From: Hydrolagus affinis | Lineage: Eukaryota | Assembly: GCA_012026655.1 (NCBI GenBank) | Contig: JAAILG010000079.1 | Span: forward strand, 62,001-126,000 | Reading direction: 5' to 3' | Length of the DNA stretch: 64,000 nt | In this document: positions 26,358 through 40,832 of the stretch, one piece after another | Layout: each line of letters starts with the position of its first letter | Position numbering within the stretch: the first letter of the stretch is position 1 | The notes under the pieces: generated by a model | Told to the model about the DNA's origin: nothing | Database searches by the model: none | What the model saw: the letters and a program-made list of their open reading frames with translations, nothing else | Program-made: the position numbers and the translations under genes

Positions 26358-28683
26358 TACTATTATTCTGAACAGTGTGTGCATCCTATGCATACATAAG
26401 AACACACAGCAACCAAACAGCGCTGTGGCTCCAGATTCCAATCACCACATGGTGTAAAGGAAGTGGATTCAGTTAGACAATGATTCCCTGGTACTCTTTA
26501 AGAGAAAGAACATTGTATTCTCTATTATGAACCAGTGGAGAATGCAATGTTCTTGCTTTGCAAAGTACATATTATTCAATAATAGCTGGAGAATCATACC
26601 CAGTTTGTACAGTTAACAGGGCAAATGTCGGGTAGAGAAGACACTATCTCCTCAAGGCAACAATACAGGCTATACAATGCTGTTAGAAGTAAATCTAAGG
26701 AGTACTTTTTTTCTTTCCAGCTTGTGTGTCTGTCCTGTTTATATGAGATTGCTTGACAATGTGGAACTGGAACACACAAAACTGTATATCTTTCCCACCG
26801 ACTCATTAAAATAGATCATTCTGGAGCTATCCACCTACCTTTATTAACACCCCCAAGTTCTTATCTCCTAAATTGGATTGTCATTCTCCTTGGAACTTGG
26901 TACATTTTTACCCATACACAATCATGTCAATATTAACCGTCACCATATACATTGGACACTTTGCTTAGCCTGTTGAAGTAGATCAAATAACTTTTTGGAA
27001 GGATAAGTCATCAAGTTCAATTTAGACCGGGGTGATAATTGGTAGGTTGGTAAAACTCCATGTAAGTAATTATAAAAATGTTAATAGTTCTCCTGTCAAT
27101 ACAGTGAAACTCAATGGACCTTTATCTGGAAAAGATCATTCTTTTCATTGGCTGATTGCTTTTTTTTCCAACATTATACTCCCCAATAGCCCTGGAATAA
27201 GAGCATTAAACAATGCAACTTTGCAGGTTGTGGGAAAGGGATGACCTCAGAAATGGGTAACAATTGAATTGTAATGCTTATAAAAGAACACATTGGTTGG
27301 AACAAACTTGTTTCACAACTAGCAGTGCATTAAAGGAGAATAATAATAACACTAATACTTGCATTTGATATGGGGCCATATCACGTCATCAAGATATCTC
27401 AAAACGCTGACTGGGAGCCTGCCCAGTCCTTGGGAATGGGGCCAAGGAAGGTGGAGGGATAAGGCCTGAGAGGATTACTTCATTTGAAACAATTCTTTTG
27501 GCAATATGAGTAAACACATGCAATGAAAAAGTATTTTGGATAAATTCTTGAAGCTTATTTAAATAAGGTAAAATGTTGGCATCATCTTTTCTGCAATTCA
27601 TTAGTAAACCTCAAATTACAAACCAGAGGTTCTTTTCTCTCCTCCCCTCCCTACATACAACAGAGCACCTGTTTGTTGGTGTCACATAAGAGACAGCAGG
27701 AAGAAAGGATGTTGTCTGTCAGTGGGAGATGAGAATTATTCAGCAGTGCCTGCTGTCTTACCAAAAGAATCAATGAGACAAGCACTTAACACAGTTGAAG
27801 GTCACCTTTCATAGTGTTGTATGTATACACATGGCTGCTGTGCAGCTACTGAGCCATCTGCGCAGAATCTGTCATTAAACAGCAAACAAGAGGCCTCCCA
27901 GAGATTCAAAGGAAATGCTGACAGTCTGGAACATATGCATGGAAATATTAGCCATGTAGGCGGTTATTTAGTCTACATGGGAACTGACTCTGAACATGCA
28001 AGTAGCCAGAATGAACCCTGATATCTTAACATTTTCACAATTCAACATTTGGAATGCTGGATGCGAAAAGTCACCTCGACCTGAATGAATTACTTTGAAC
28101 ATCGTGTGCAAACGTAATCCACTTACGTCCTGTAAAGCAGTCATTCTCGAATGGGTATTTCTGGTAATATGATGTGAATGTTGCCCGCGTGTGAACAGAA
28201 AAATAAGGCTGTGCTGTCTTTCCAAAGCTTTTCAATGAAAACTCCATGGCACAACTTTGAGTGGAGTTGATCGGTTAGGCATCTGTTATCTTGTTGTGCA
28301 TGTTTCAGTACACTTGATCCATCTGAAAACATGGCTTTGCAAATAGATCAAGATATTCCTCAGGTGCATGTTAAGATGTACAAAACAGCATGCTGTATAT
28401 TATGCACAATGGTTTAATTTTAAAATTGTTCAGATCAACTTCCTGTTATTTTGTCATGTCTGGGCAAAACACTAGAAACGAAAATTAAAAGACACATGTT
28501 CATCACATTGATATTTTCTGCAAAGTTTCTGTCGTGTTGAATTCCTGCCACTAGTTTTGTGAAACTTTAATAAAGTATATAAAAAGTGCTTACAAACCGT
28601 AAATAATGCTGTGGAGAATGGACCTAATTTTAAAGCTGTGTTGAGATCCTTGCTATCATTCCATACAACAGGTGTTAATCATT

Positions 28684-29127
28684 AATAATAATAATAATCC
28701 TTGCATTTGTTGTTGGGCCTGATTATGTTAGAAAATTATGTCTCAAAAGCATTTCCCTGAAAGATACTGTAAAATTAAGTGTTTGTATTTGTAGGCAAAC
28801 ATGGCAGTACAATTCTGCACAGCAATGTCCCACAAACAGCCATCAAACAAGTAACCAAATGTTATTTAGGGCATTGTTGGGCCAGGACACTGGGAGAAAC
28901 TCCCTCCTCTTTTTAAATAATATAATGAGATCTTTAACATCCACTAGATTGGGCAGATAAGGCCCCAGCTTAATGTCTTATCATAGGACGTCCTCTCCGA
29001 CAATGAAACACTGCTCTCCCACTGCTGCATTGGAGTGCCGGTTTAGATAAGACTGTGTGAGTTCAAGCTCTAACATGGGATTTGAACCCACAACCTTCTG
29101 ACTCATAAAGAACTACCAATGAGCCAA
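28684..29127 (-). mobile_element. Older DeuSINE-type (SacSINE1/AmnSINE1-like) SINE
   Basis: GGCCAGGACACTGGGAGAAACTCCC...TTTGAACCCACAACCTTCTGACTC resembles the shark SacSINE1/Deu domain (recalled). Confidence 0.7.
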
Positions 29128-32100
29128 ACTGATAAATTATTAAACATCATTCGGAATACTATGGTGGGGGCAGGGTACAAAAAGAGGGTGGTTCTGCTTA
29201 ATGTATTGTCTTAAGCAGGATCTGCAAACCAAGAACAAGGCTCATTTTGGAATTGGATTAATATCTAATTCTCCACTGAATGGGGATCCACAACTGTGTA
29301 ATGGAGCATCTGCTCAAATGCAGTTTATAAAATTCAAACCATCGACCTTTACACCTATTAAAAACATCGGCTTTGCAAAAACTTCAGACCTCAATACGAT
29401 GAGGAACTATAAACAGTACATGTTACTTGACCCAATCACTGCTTATTCCATATACTCTGCCCAGACATTTACACACCAGTCCTTTTAAGGAAATGCTGTA
29501 CAAAGAATCGCTCAGCGGAAGTGTTGACGTTAAGTCAAATGATACATTCATTTTGGACATTAAAGGACAGTGCCACTGACCGGAGCGGTTTGGTTACGAC
29601 CAGCTTCTAATCTCAGGGTTCCTCTGCTAAACTACGATGCTGGCCACTGTCATTGAAGTCTGCTGCGCTGGATGCAATCATCTGTTACAAAACATTTTCA
29701 AAAGCTATTTTATGTTTTTATTAAAAAATAAATTAAGCTGTCATCACCCGAACAGCGACAATGCATGATGCAGCAAGCAAGCTAGCAGGCATGAGGTGCT
29801 GTCATGGCAACACAACCTCTCGTTTTTATCCAATCATAATGTTCCAGCAGTTAACCATAATTGACTGCAGATTTATTAATGTTTCGTCTTGTGGGAACGT
29901 AATTCTCGGTTAATACTACATCTGAGACCGGACTTCACAAGCTTTTTTTCATATTGGTATCTCCCAAACCATGGCAAGTGAAAACAGTCAACTTGTTCAA
30001 GCTCTTCACAACTTAGCAACTGTGTGATCATTGTGCCAGTTATTTCAGAGAGAGTTCTTAGAAACACAGTTTCCCAGGGCAAACGCATAGCTTGGCAGTC
30101 ACACCATACCCACAGCAGCTGAGAGTTTCAAACAGGACTTTACATCATCTTTGTCATACAATTGGCAGCTATATGAGCATTCTAGTCATATTCAGGAGTG
30201 ATGTGTACCCTTTTCCATGGTAAATACACAATCACATTAGAAGGGGACAATTCATAGAAGCAACCACTGTCCAATACATAGACAATCACACTGTTTGGAA
30301 GAGGTACGTTATCTTGTAAAGCAGGTGAGGTGGTCACAGATCAGCTGCTACTTTGTCAGCCAGTGTTTATGGGGCTCAAATTACTTTACTTGCAGAATGC
30401 CTAGATGGGATGTAATACTAACAAATGGGATTTCGTCCCATTGATTTTCATAATGATTTATTGCATCCATTTTTGTCTATTCAGACACTTATCTCCTTCT
30501 CATTCATCTCTCGTTTCCGCTTAGTTAATATTGCCAGTGGTTTGTTGTGATTTAAAAAAAAGACAAGATTCGAGCAGTACAGGAACATACTCAGTAGAAT
30601 TACAACACTCGCTTCATTAGACATAGCAGAAGCATCAAATACAATTGTTGTATTTTCCAACTGAATTATCATGCATTCTATTATCGATCCATTCCTCACC
30701 ACAGCACCAAGACACATCAAGTGAAAGACAGTTCAAATCAATACAAACTGATTTATAGATTTGAACATATCCAACCAATTGTCCTGAGTTCAAGTAACCA
30801 GAGTATTTGGCACCAGTTTGGAAGTTTTACAGTCCATACTTAATACATAAAATTGTTCTGAATGTGCAAGTCAGATATAGGCTTGCCTTGTCTCCGATTT
30901 TCTTTATCACCTCTTTTCGCCTGAAGGTGAGAGACTCGTGCAGTTATACAATTCCTGGTTAAGGGTCTGAGGGAGGGAGTTCACCAAAACAAGTTAAATC
31001 TTTCTGGCTGTAGCTCACACATTAAACTGTATTTTTAAGCTAGAGGGCAACTCAGTGCAAACCCAATGAGAACTAAAATGTTTCCGAGAACCAGTTAACA
31101 GTATAAAAATTGCACCAAAATATTTTTCAAATTATTACCAGTGAAGAAGTAAGCTCATGAGTTGAAGCCTAATGGATCTCTGTACAATGTCAAATGTATT
31201 TAAATATCAACAACACTTTGGGTTTGTTTATGTGACAAGATTTTCAAAACAAAACTTAAGTGCTTAAATCCAATTGAGGGACAACTGTTATGATATTTTA
31301 GGGGGGGAAAACAGCTTTTTCCATTGAGGCTTCCAAACCCATTGTGTTCAGTCTGAGAAACCGGCCAATAAAGTCTGGCTTTATCTTCAATTACAATCAG
31401 CTATTGCTGAGGAAATGCATTAGCTTGAATTCCAGCTGATTAAGAGAGGAAAGGGAAAATGGCTATGCAGATACGCAATGCTGCTGTTGCAGATTGGAAG
31501 AACCTTCTGTTGCATACAAATAAGAGTGTAGTAATTACTGAAGTTATACAAGATACAATTCCTTTTCCCTTTGAGCTTGAAACACAGCATCATCTAGTGA
31601 ACAGAAAAAGTACTGCAAGCTACATAACCAGCAAATAGCAGTTACCACTAATCAGATGAAAAAAAACCTTTAAATCACACTGCATCCATTGAGAGTGGAG
31701 CAGAGCACCCTCCCTCTCCATACTTGTTTTTTGTTGAACGGATTACAGCAGGGGTTTCCAAACTTTCTGGTCTCAAACCTCTCCCATGACATAAGACATC
31801 CAGCCTGAGGACCCCTATACAATACATAACATTTAAAAAGAATTAAAGAAAGTACTTTTTTAAAAAAAAATGCTTACAATGTTATTGTAGATATAACACT
31901 AATTCTGGATTTTGAATGTCTGATGGGTAAGGCTTATCTCAACGGCTATAGACACCATCTAACCCCAGTTGGTCAGATTTCAGTGAGGACATGAAAACAT
32001 AAGAAATGCTGGATGAATAAATGCAAGTTGTTACTGTTGCTGTAATGCTGTTTCAGGTTTAATCATGGCAGTTTGCCTCATCTGAAACCAGCACATTGAT

Positions 32101-32232
32101 TTGAAGTTAGTTTGATAATTTGATCTCTGTAATATCTAGATATGGAATTCACTCCTCTTACACTGTGGAATGGATTGTGCTGATCTGGGGAAAATCTACA
32201 CAGCCAGTGATTTCTGAACCACTATAGAATTA

Positions 32233-32800
32233 ACAATAACAGCAAAATGACATTTTTTTATAGCACCTTTCACATCGGGAGGATGTCCCAAGGCACTGGA
32301 CAATCAGGGTTTCGGACCCAAGCTGCAGGTTGGAATCAGGGAAGGCAGGGGTGTTGTGGATAAGGTGGGTGACTGAAGACATGGTCAAAGTGGAGGGTCT
32401 TGAATGAGATAAAGGAGGAACGTGGAGGAGGTTGGAGTTGGAACGAGGATGGAGTTCCAGAGGATGGGGGCAGAGTGGCTGAAGGCCTGCCTGCCAATGG
32501 TGGGGCGGGCGAGGCGAGGGACATGAAGCCAGCAGGAGCCTGCTGAGTGGAGGAAACAGGCATATTGGTAGGAAGGAACAAGACCATGGAGGACCAGAAT
32601 GCGTGTATGAGGGTCTCAGCAGTCTGTGGCGTGAGACAGTGGCAGAGCAGGGTGATGTTGCAGAGGTGGAGGAATGCAGAGCGGGTCATGGCACTAATGT
32701 GGGGTAGAAAGGATAGTTGAGGGTCAAACAAGACGCCCAGATTCCTGACCGGCTCAGTGGGGTGCAGTGTGCATCCTTGGATGGTGATGATGTCAGTGCC
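32233..32800 (-). mobile_element. L2 LINE fragment with internal deletion
   Basis: FDPQLSFLPHISAMTRSAFLHLCNI motif and L2 tail. Confidence 0.82.
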
Positions 32801-33899
32801 TGAGGTGTGAAGGGAGAGAAGATAGTAGTCAAGAAATAGCAGCTATCTCCAAACAGTTTTCACCAGTGGCGCAAGCAAAAAGCACCTCTTAAGTTAATAT
32901 TCTACTTTTCTATGGGACAACAGTACTCCTTCTCGTACCTTGAAGCACCACAAGCAATAAGATAAATGAGTCTATCACTGGCTCTTAGTTAAGATAAGAC
33001 ATTAGATTCAGCTATAAAAGTTAAACAGCTTAACAATCAGAAATGAACCACTGTATCTTGGTAAATGATTCAAACCCATTTTCCACTGGTGGTAACTGAA
33101 GCAAAACAGACAAAGCCCAGTAAAACATAAGCTATGCTTCAGAAAGCAATAGCAACTTGCATTAGTAAAATAAAATAAAAAGAGAAACATATGATCTTTC
33201 AAAATATCTGGACTAAAATTGCTACAGAAAAATAATGCTACATCTATTATTTTGTTGTGGTTGGCAGAGCCTTTGCAAAATAAGTAGGCTTGAAATATCT
33301 TGTAATTTGGCTTCAGCCATTTCTATCAGTAATGGTGTCAACACTCATCAGAACTATGTGACTTCATTTTATACATGAATTATCCTTGTGGGTGAAATTT
33401 GAAAATCTACACAAATAGCAGAGTTCCTGCAGATAATATACTTGCATACTATATATACCCAGATGATTTGTGTACACTGTCGCAAAGTTTTTGCAAATAA
33501 AAAGTATTCAGTTTATAATCATATATTTTCCTACTAAAATTATACAATAAGTCATCAGAAGCTTACTATCACATTGTATTCATCACAAGGTCTCAGTCCT
33601 TAAAGAGAGGTGTTGTTATAGAAGTAATCACTGGAGAGGCCATCCAATTTGGAGGGTTTTAACAAAGACAAGAAACGAAAAATCCCAGAGAAAGACACTA
33701 ACCTGTTAGAATCTTCCACAAGTCCACCTTCCTCATTCTTCCTGGAAAACATTAAGAGGAATTTCAGCCACAGGGATCAGAAGGTGTCAAATCTCAATTG
33801 ACTATGAATTGTTTGTTTTCAAAATATATTCTAAAAGAATTTGCTTACCCAGAAAACTGTAATTGTACTTGTTTAAAGTAACATTTAATTGTACTTGTG

Positions 33900-34440
33900 G
33901 CCTCATATCCGCACTATGACCGATGCAGCCTTTTACCACCTCCGTAACATCGCCAGACTCCACCACTAACTACCTCACCCCCCATGCTGCCGAAGCACTC
34001 ATCCACGCATTCATTACATCTAGGCTCGATTATGGGAACTCTCTCCTCGTCGGCCTTCCCAGCTCTTCCCTTCACAAGCTGCAGATTATTCAGAACTCTG
34101 CAGCTCGTGTTCTCTCCCGCACTAGGCTCCGTGACCACATCACTCCCACCCTCGCCCATCTCCACTGGCTCCCCATTCCCCAGAGGATCGAATTCAAGAT
34201 CCTTGTCCTCACCTTTAAGGTCATTCACGGTCTTGCCTCCGCCTATATCTCTGACCCACTATCTTCCTATTAGCCTGCCCGTCCCCTCCATTCAGCCGGC
34301 TCTGGCCTGCTCCACGTCCTCCGTCCTAACCACCCTACCATTGGTGGCCGGGCTTTCAGCCTCTCTGCTCCCACACTATGGAACTCCATCCTGCAATCCC
34401 TTCGCCTTCTTCCTCCCTTTCCTCCTTCAAGACTCACCCA
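33900..34440 (+). mobile_element. L2 LINE fragment
   Basis: LIHAFITSRLDYGNSLL..QNSAAR..LHWLPIPQRIEFKIL. Confidence 0.9.
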
Positions 34441-34754
34441 CCGATGGTGGTGCAGTGTAAGGATGTGATGCAGGACAGTGTTCACTGAGAAGAGGAAGCA
34501 GCTGGGTTGCTGGCCAGAGCAATACACACGCTGTGCATATTTCTAGGGATCTGAACTCAGCAACAACAACAACTTTGATTTATATAGCGCCCTCCACGCC
34601 GGTCGGCGTCTCAGAGCGCTTCAAACTCAACTACCAACTGGATCTCCTGTTTCCCCCTCTGTAGGTTCTGTCCTATTTTTAAGTACATGTGCTATTGTTA
34701 TTTCCTGTATGCAGTATCATGCATATTTCTGTTTTGAACTTCTGTCAATTGTAG

Positions 34755-35110
34755 AGTAATGTAGCTCAGTAGATAAAGCACTCGCCTCGCAAGCGAGAGA
34801 CTTGGGTTTGCTTCCCAGAAGGGCAAAATGTTGGGCAAGTTTCCTACTCCAAATGTCTCTATTTATCTAGAAGTAGGTGGGAACCTGATTGTTAGTCGAT
34901 TGGCGAATCCCTTTTCCGGAGGTAATAATTCTAAAAAAAAAATTGGTCAATCAATCCACGACTGTTTGCGAGATACGGCTGTGTGCAATTGCCTGCCACA
35001 TTTCGCCCACAAAATATAGTTAATTTAATTTACAATATATTCTGTCAACTGCTTTGAGACACCTCAAAGATACGATAAGGCACTTTATCAAATGCAAAGA
35101 TTATTATTAT
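34755..35110 (+). mobile_element. tRNA-derived SINE (longer variant)
   Basis: A/B boxes, core, tail; extra segment (gttagtcgattgg) shared with 38700-39023. Confidence 0.8.
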
Positions 35111-36082
35111 AAGATCTTATAAAGATCTTGATGTCACATGCAATACAATATCAAGATCTTCCTAAGACCTTACACTGTCTGTGAATCCTGATCATTATTG
35201 TTGACAAGGAACAGGAGTCATAGCAGAGACTCAATATGCACACAATTGTTATCTCCTTTGACCTAGTTCCTTTACCAACAACTCTGCTTCCTTCCCATTA
35301 GACAATTTTGAATCAATGTCCTTTGTAAAGGAGCTTCTCATGTGGTACTTTTTCAAATGCTATCCATCCTGAACCCACCACGTTGGCTGTCATTTGATAA
35401 ATGTTTATACAATTGTGATTTGATTTCCTTGCTGTTGGTTGATTTTATTTTTCCATTATTGAGGTCAGTCAAGTGGGTCTGTAGTTGGTAGATGGGTAGC
35501 AAAGGCACACCAGGTGCTGGTACAGAGACACTAAGCCTCTTCAATGGAGGAAAGAATGCATCTGCAAATGCGTTCTACAAGTTTAAAATACTGGGGTGAA
35601 ATGAACTGCAGCTCCACCTTGTGCTCAAATTGAAATATATCATGCTGGGGTTTTGGATTTTTTTTATAAACAGTGTATCAAGTTTATTCTTAAATGTCCT
35701 AGACATTTTCAGAAATGCCAGATGACAATCTGGAAGGACGTTATTGAATGTCTAGGCAAATATTTACAATTACAGAAAGTTCTACAAAATTTATTCCAAG
35801 GCAATTTTAACAGCTCTACATTCAATGTTTTTCTTTCTGTAAATTGGCAGAGTAAATTGGCAAAGCTTTCTTCTTTACCGACTTTGCGAATGGTCATTTC
35901 TTCAACATCATGTATGTTTTACATAAATTTCAGGTCCTCATTTTCATTTACTGTAGATTGCTGAAAATGAGACATAACCATGTCCAGATATAGATTAATG
36001 TGAATGTAAAAAGCACTATTTCAAAAGCAAGGATTATAATTCTGTCCCAAGCGCTACAAATCTATGGAAGGTGTCCAGCTGT

Positions 36083-36484
36083 AACAACAAAATTACATAA
36101 AGAGAGCGCCTTTCACGTTGGGAGGATGTCTCAACGCGCTGAACAATCAGGTCGGGACCCAAGTGGTGGGGGGGAGGTAGGGGGGAAGGGTTGGGGTAGG
36201 GGGAAGGAAAGTAGGAGAGGGGGAAGAGTTAGAAGGGGAGCAGAAGGCACGGTCAAAGAGGAAGGTCTTCAGACCGGCTTTGAAGGAGGAAAGAGACGAA
36301 GGGATTGCAGGATGGAGTTCCAGTGTGGGAGCAGAGAGGCTGAAAGCCCAGCCACCGATGGTGGGGCGGTTAGGACGGTGGACGCAGAGCAGGCCAGGAG
36401 GGGACGGGGTGGCTGATAGGGAGACAGCAGATCGAAGAGATAGGCGGGGGCAAGACTGTGAATGGCCTTGAAGGTGAGGACGAT
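36083..36484 (-). mobile_element. L2 LINE 3' end
   Basis: FKAGLKTFLFDRAF motif and tail. Confidence 0.82.
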
Positions 36485-36834
36485 GGTATAATGCAATGAA
36501 TAAATGGGTATTGGATGTTTCTGGCTGGTAACCAATTACATTTGATGTAACAAGAGTTGAGATAAGGACCACTATATTTGTGTTCAGAATTTGTGGACAG
36601 ACAATGTCCTTTACAGTATATTCTGTGAAGTGCTTTGAGACTTCTCGAAGACGTGATAAGGTGCTATTTCAAATGCAAGGATTATTATTACTAAATTCAA
36701 TATCTGAAGCAAATGGAAATATTAAGATTTAAATTGCTGCTGTGTGATAGTATATATTCTGAAACATTTCAGATTTAGAAATTTGCCTGTGAAATAAAAT
36801 AAGCGGGTCTTATCTTCAAACCAGGAATAAAATA

Positions 36835-37108
36835 GGCGAAACACGGCAGCCAATTGCGCACAGCAGTGTCCCATAAACAGTCGTGGATTGAAAATGACCA
36901 ATTTTTATTACTGTTTTTTCAAAGTGCTCTGAGACCCTGTTCTGCATGAACGGTGCTTTATAAATCCAAGTTGTTGTTTTTTGGAGGGATTATTATTAGG
37001 AGTATGAAGTAGGGAAACTTGCCCAAGGTTTCGCCCAGATCTGCCTGGATTCGAACACAGGTCTCACACTTCTAAGGCGAGTGCTCTAACCACTGAGCCA
37101 CAGGAACG
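36835..37108 (-). mobile_element. tRNA-derived SINE with nested L2 tail
   Basis: Head at 37108; L2 tail inserted at about 36920-36980. Confidence 0.8.
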
Positions 37109-37109
37109 C

Positions 37110-37285
37110 CACGATGGATGACAAGGCAAGGAAGGGGGCAAGGTGGAGGGACTCTAGAATGGAATTCCAAAGGGTGGCAGCAGAGAGGCTGAAGGCCTGA
37201 CTACCAATTATGGGGCAGGCTGGACGGGGGCCGTGGAGAAGGCCAAAGATCGCTGAGAGGAAGCGGGCAGGTCGATATGGAGTAC
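37110..37285 (-). mobile_element. L2 LINE fragment
   Basis: GSQAFSLSAATLWNSI motif. Confidence 0.7.
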
Positions 37286-38699
37286 ACATTCTCACACCCA
37301 CAAACTCTAGTTGAAGCTGACATCACTATTGGTCTCTACGTGACTTTTCTTTCCTTTTAAGTAAGGGCCATAAACATGGATTGGTAGCATAAGAGTGGAT
37401 TACTAGATTAGGTTGTGGTTGAAAAAGAAATTGCAAAAGTTTGGATTACGAGCACAGATGGTGGAATAAGAAACGGCAAGAGTTTTTTTTAAAATAAAAG
37501 GATTTAGCAAATTTCAATCAACTCAAAAAATGGAGAAACTTCTTATGGGATACTGGATGAGTTTACCAGATAGAGAATAAAATAATTTCTAGCATCTGCA
37601 GTATTTTGCATTTTTATTAGAGAATAAAATTATCCTTATGTTTGATATGGTGGCTTCCAAATCAGGATGTCTTACTGCAAAGTGTAGTGCCTGTATTTTG
37701 CAAGTGAAACACTACTGATCATCTATATAAAATAGTGATCCTGCTAAATTAGTTGTCAATATGACTGCAATGATCCACAGATTAATTTATATAGGGGCAG
37801 AATATTGTTTCAAGCGCTCTGAGGTGCTACCCACAGGTGAAGGGCACTATCCATGCAAGTTGTTGTTTTCGGATGCAACATGCAGTGGAGCAAGCATACT
37901 CAAAATCTTGGTGTTAAAGTGTGATGTGAATGAATACAACAACAATCCAACTCTCAACATTTAGTCATTCAAAACCTTGTACCCCATACCCAAAAACATG
38001 CCACCAACACAGCCAAATTAACCCAGTTTTGAATTCAAACATACCAACATGGCAGGGGCCATTATAGAAAGGCACTAAAAATGACAACTCAGATTCACAC
38101 GTTTATATATGACAATTTTTCCTTTATTTGTGAAAGAAAGTTTGACTGCCCTTTCCACATTCAGTGGTTTGAAAGGACTACAGTTTTGAAATTCCTGCAC
38201 TTTTGATTTCCTAAGACAGGCAGGTAACTTGGCTGAACAAGTGAAACAGTAGCCAGCTGATTGTACTCATATTCTTCCAAGTTTGAACAATTTAGATCTG
38301 CAATCTGTATTCTGGAGTTTAATCTATGTACTGAGCTTGAGACAGTAAGGTATGATTGAATAATTATTAGCTTGAGAAAAAAATGTAAACAATATTTCCC
38401 ACAAAGAAACTATAGATTAAAGCTTCTATATGGCATCGATTTTATATCTGGTTTAAGCAATTCAATAGCAGAACACAAAGTTTATCAATCAGGAGGTAAA
38501 TGCAGCATTACTTCAGTGCAATTTAAACAAAGAATTAACATACATTGCCACCTGAGCAAGCTATGACCAAATTACTGGCTGCAGATGGTTAGAGGATAGT
38601 AAATAACTGGTGGGCTGGTTTATTTTGATTTCTCCAAATTTTCCTTAATTAATAATAATAATAATAAAGGTGTCCCCTCTTGCATGTCTCAAATGATAG

Positions 38700-39023
38700 C
38701 AAAACTGAAGAGGACCTAGATTCAATTCCCAGGTGGGACAAAACCTTAGGCAAGTTTCCTTGCTCCACAACGCCTCTGTTTACCTAGCAGTAAGTAGAAA
38801 ACCGGTTGTTAGTCGATTGGTGGATCACTTCTGGAGTAATTATCCCTCAAACAAACTGTGGTCACTCACTCCATGACTGTTTGTGGGACACAGGTGTGCA
38901 CAATTGGCTGCTGCGTTTCACCCAAAAACATACAGTCAATCCATTTTGCAATATTCTGTAAATATTCTTTGATCGTCTCAATGACGTGATGAGGTGCTAG
39001 ATCAAATGCAAGGATTATTATTA
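38700..39023 (+). mobile_element. tRNA-derived SINE (longer variant)
   Basis: B box, core and tail. Confidence 0.78.
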
Positions 39024-40636
39024 CATAATTACACATTTTTCCTTCTGGAATTTACCCATCAGTATATTTATGATTTAAAGAAACTGTAAAGGATTATGTC
39101 CTTATTGTATACTTTTAACAAATGCTCCATTTTGGCAACAAGATTTCACTTCATAATCCAATATAAATTTTCACAGCTTTTTTGCTATAACATGCTCCTC
39201 TGTGCCAGTGGGCACAATTACCTGGAAATCACACCAGCTGCCGACTGCTGCGTGGACTCCAGATCACGGACAGTCAGCAGGCTCGCAACCATTGTTCATG
39301 GCCGTGGACTGCAACAGCCTGGCTAGGGTAAACAGCCATCCGTAGATAGGTATCTTGTGCCTTTCAGGAGGTCCCATTGCTGTGAGACAAGAAGATAAGT
39401 AAGCATCGATTTGCAAAATATGTGATGTTACACTAAAAGTAGGTATACAACAATTAAAGAGACAATAAATATCTCCTTGTTGCCCTACAGTAGGTAAGAA
39501 TATTCTCAAAATACAATATAAAGTTGGGAGCACTCAACTCCCCATTATCCAGCCTATGTTATAGGGATCACATGTAAGACTGACTACCATCCTTCCATAT
39601 ACACGTAAAAGCATTTAGAGACATTTAAAACATGAATCTACAAAGTATAAAAACACGGATTACAAATTCTGATTAGGGATTTTTTTTTAACAAGTACTAT
39701 TGAAAACTTGATGAAAAATCACCAGTCTCCAGGATGGTAGTGGAGCTGCAGATTTATCATCAAGGTTTCTCCAATTAGCTTCCTGTTTTAGTTTCATACA
39801 CTTGCTTATAACTCAGCAAATTATCATTGGAAATATATGCTTAACATCACATAACAGATTGCTAACTGGCATGAACTCCCTCATTGCAAATTGGATGTCA
39901 TTCTGAACACAATATGGGACAGAAATTTTTATCTCTCATCCAAATCTCATCACTTCTACCAGTGCTATCACTCAGCTAGGCTTTCAGCTAAGTCCCAGTG
40001 TAGGTTTTAAACCACATCTAATGACTCTCACCAAGTAAAGTAAGAATGGACACAGAAACGAAAAAACAAATATGAAAGTGTGGGCATATCCATTAAATGG
40101 AAAGATCAAATTTTCTCTGCTCATGGTTGTGGCTCCAATTAAGTTGGGATTAGGAAGTCATCCCCACATCCAAAATACTAATTCTAAACACAATTTTGAA
40201 ACATTTCCCAAATAGGGTTTGAAATGAGTTGGAAAAGGTTTTAGGAAAGAAATTATTATAATTAATTATTAGCATTGGGAGTGTGGAAGGTATCACTTTG
40301 GCATATCCAATGGCAAAATCAATCACTTAAAAGAAATTTAAATGCAGATCTCAAATTTCTCAATATCAAAGCCAGGAATTCTGAAATGCTTTTCCATCTC
40401 TGTTCTCATAAATCAACAAACATCCGTAGCTGCACATAAAACATCTAAAGAAACTTATGACATAACATTACTGCTCAGATAAAGAATGGGGAAGAACAAA
40501 TAAAGCAACCTCAAAAGTTGAATTTTGAATAAAGTTTACTTTATACATAATATTCAACTTTTATGAACCTAGCTTACAAGCTTTCTGGTGGTATCTATAT
40601 ACTTGTACTCCTCCATAAGAATTTTTGACAACTGTT

Positions 40637-40690
40637 TTTATTCATCATGTACAGATAAAGACAGAAACTTATAAATCTGACAGGTTTATT
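40637..40690 (-). terminator. Candidate polyadenylation signals for the CCER1-like gene
   Basis: AATAAA on minus strand at 40685-40690 and 40637-40642, about 140-200 nt after the stop codon. Confidence 0.4.
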
Positions 40691-40832
40691 TTACAGGATT
40701 AGTTAGTTCTGTGTCCTACACAAACAGAAACATCATTGCTTTCTGACAGACCTGGTGAAATTCAGAGTTCTGACTGGAACGGGACATTGGATAGAATTCA
40801 CAAGTCTATGCTTTCAAATGGCGAGTCTTTAA

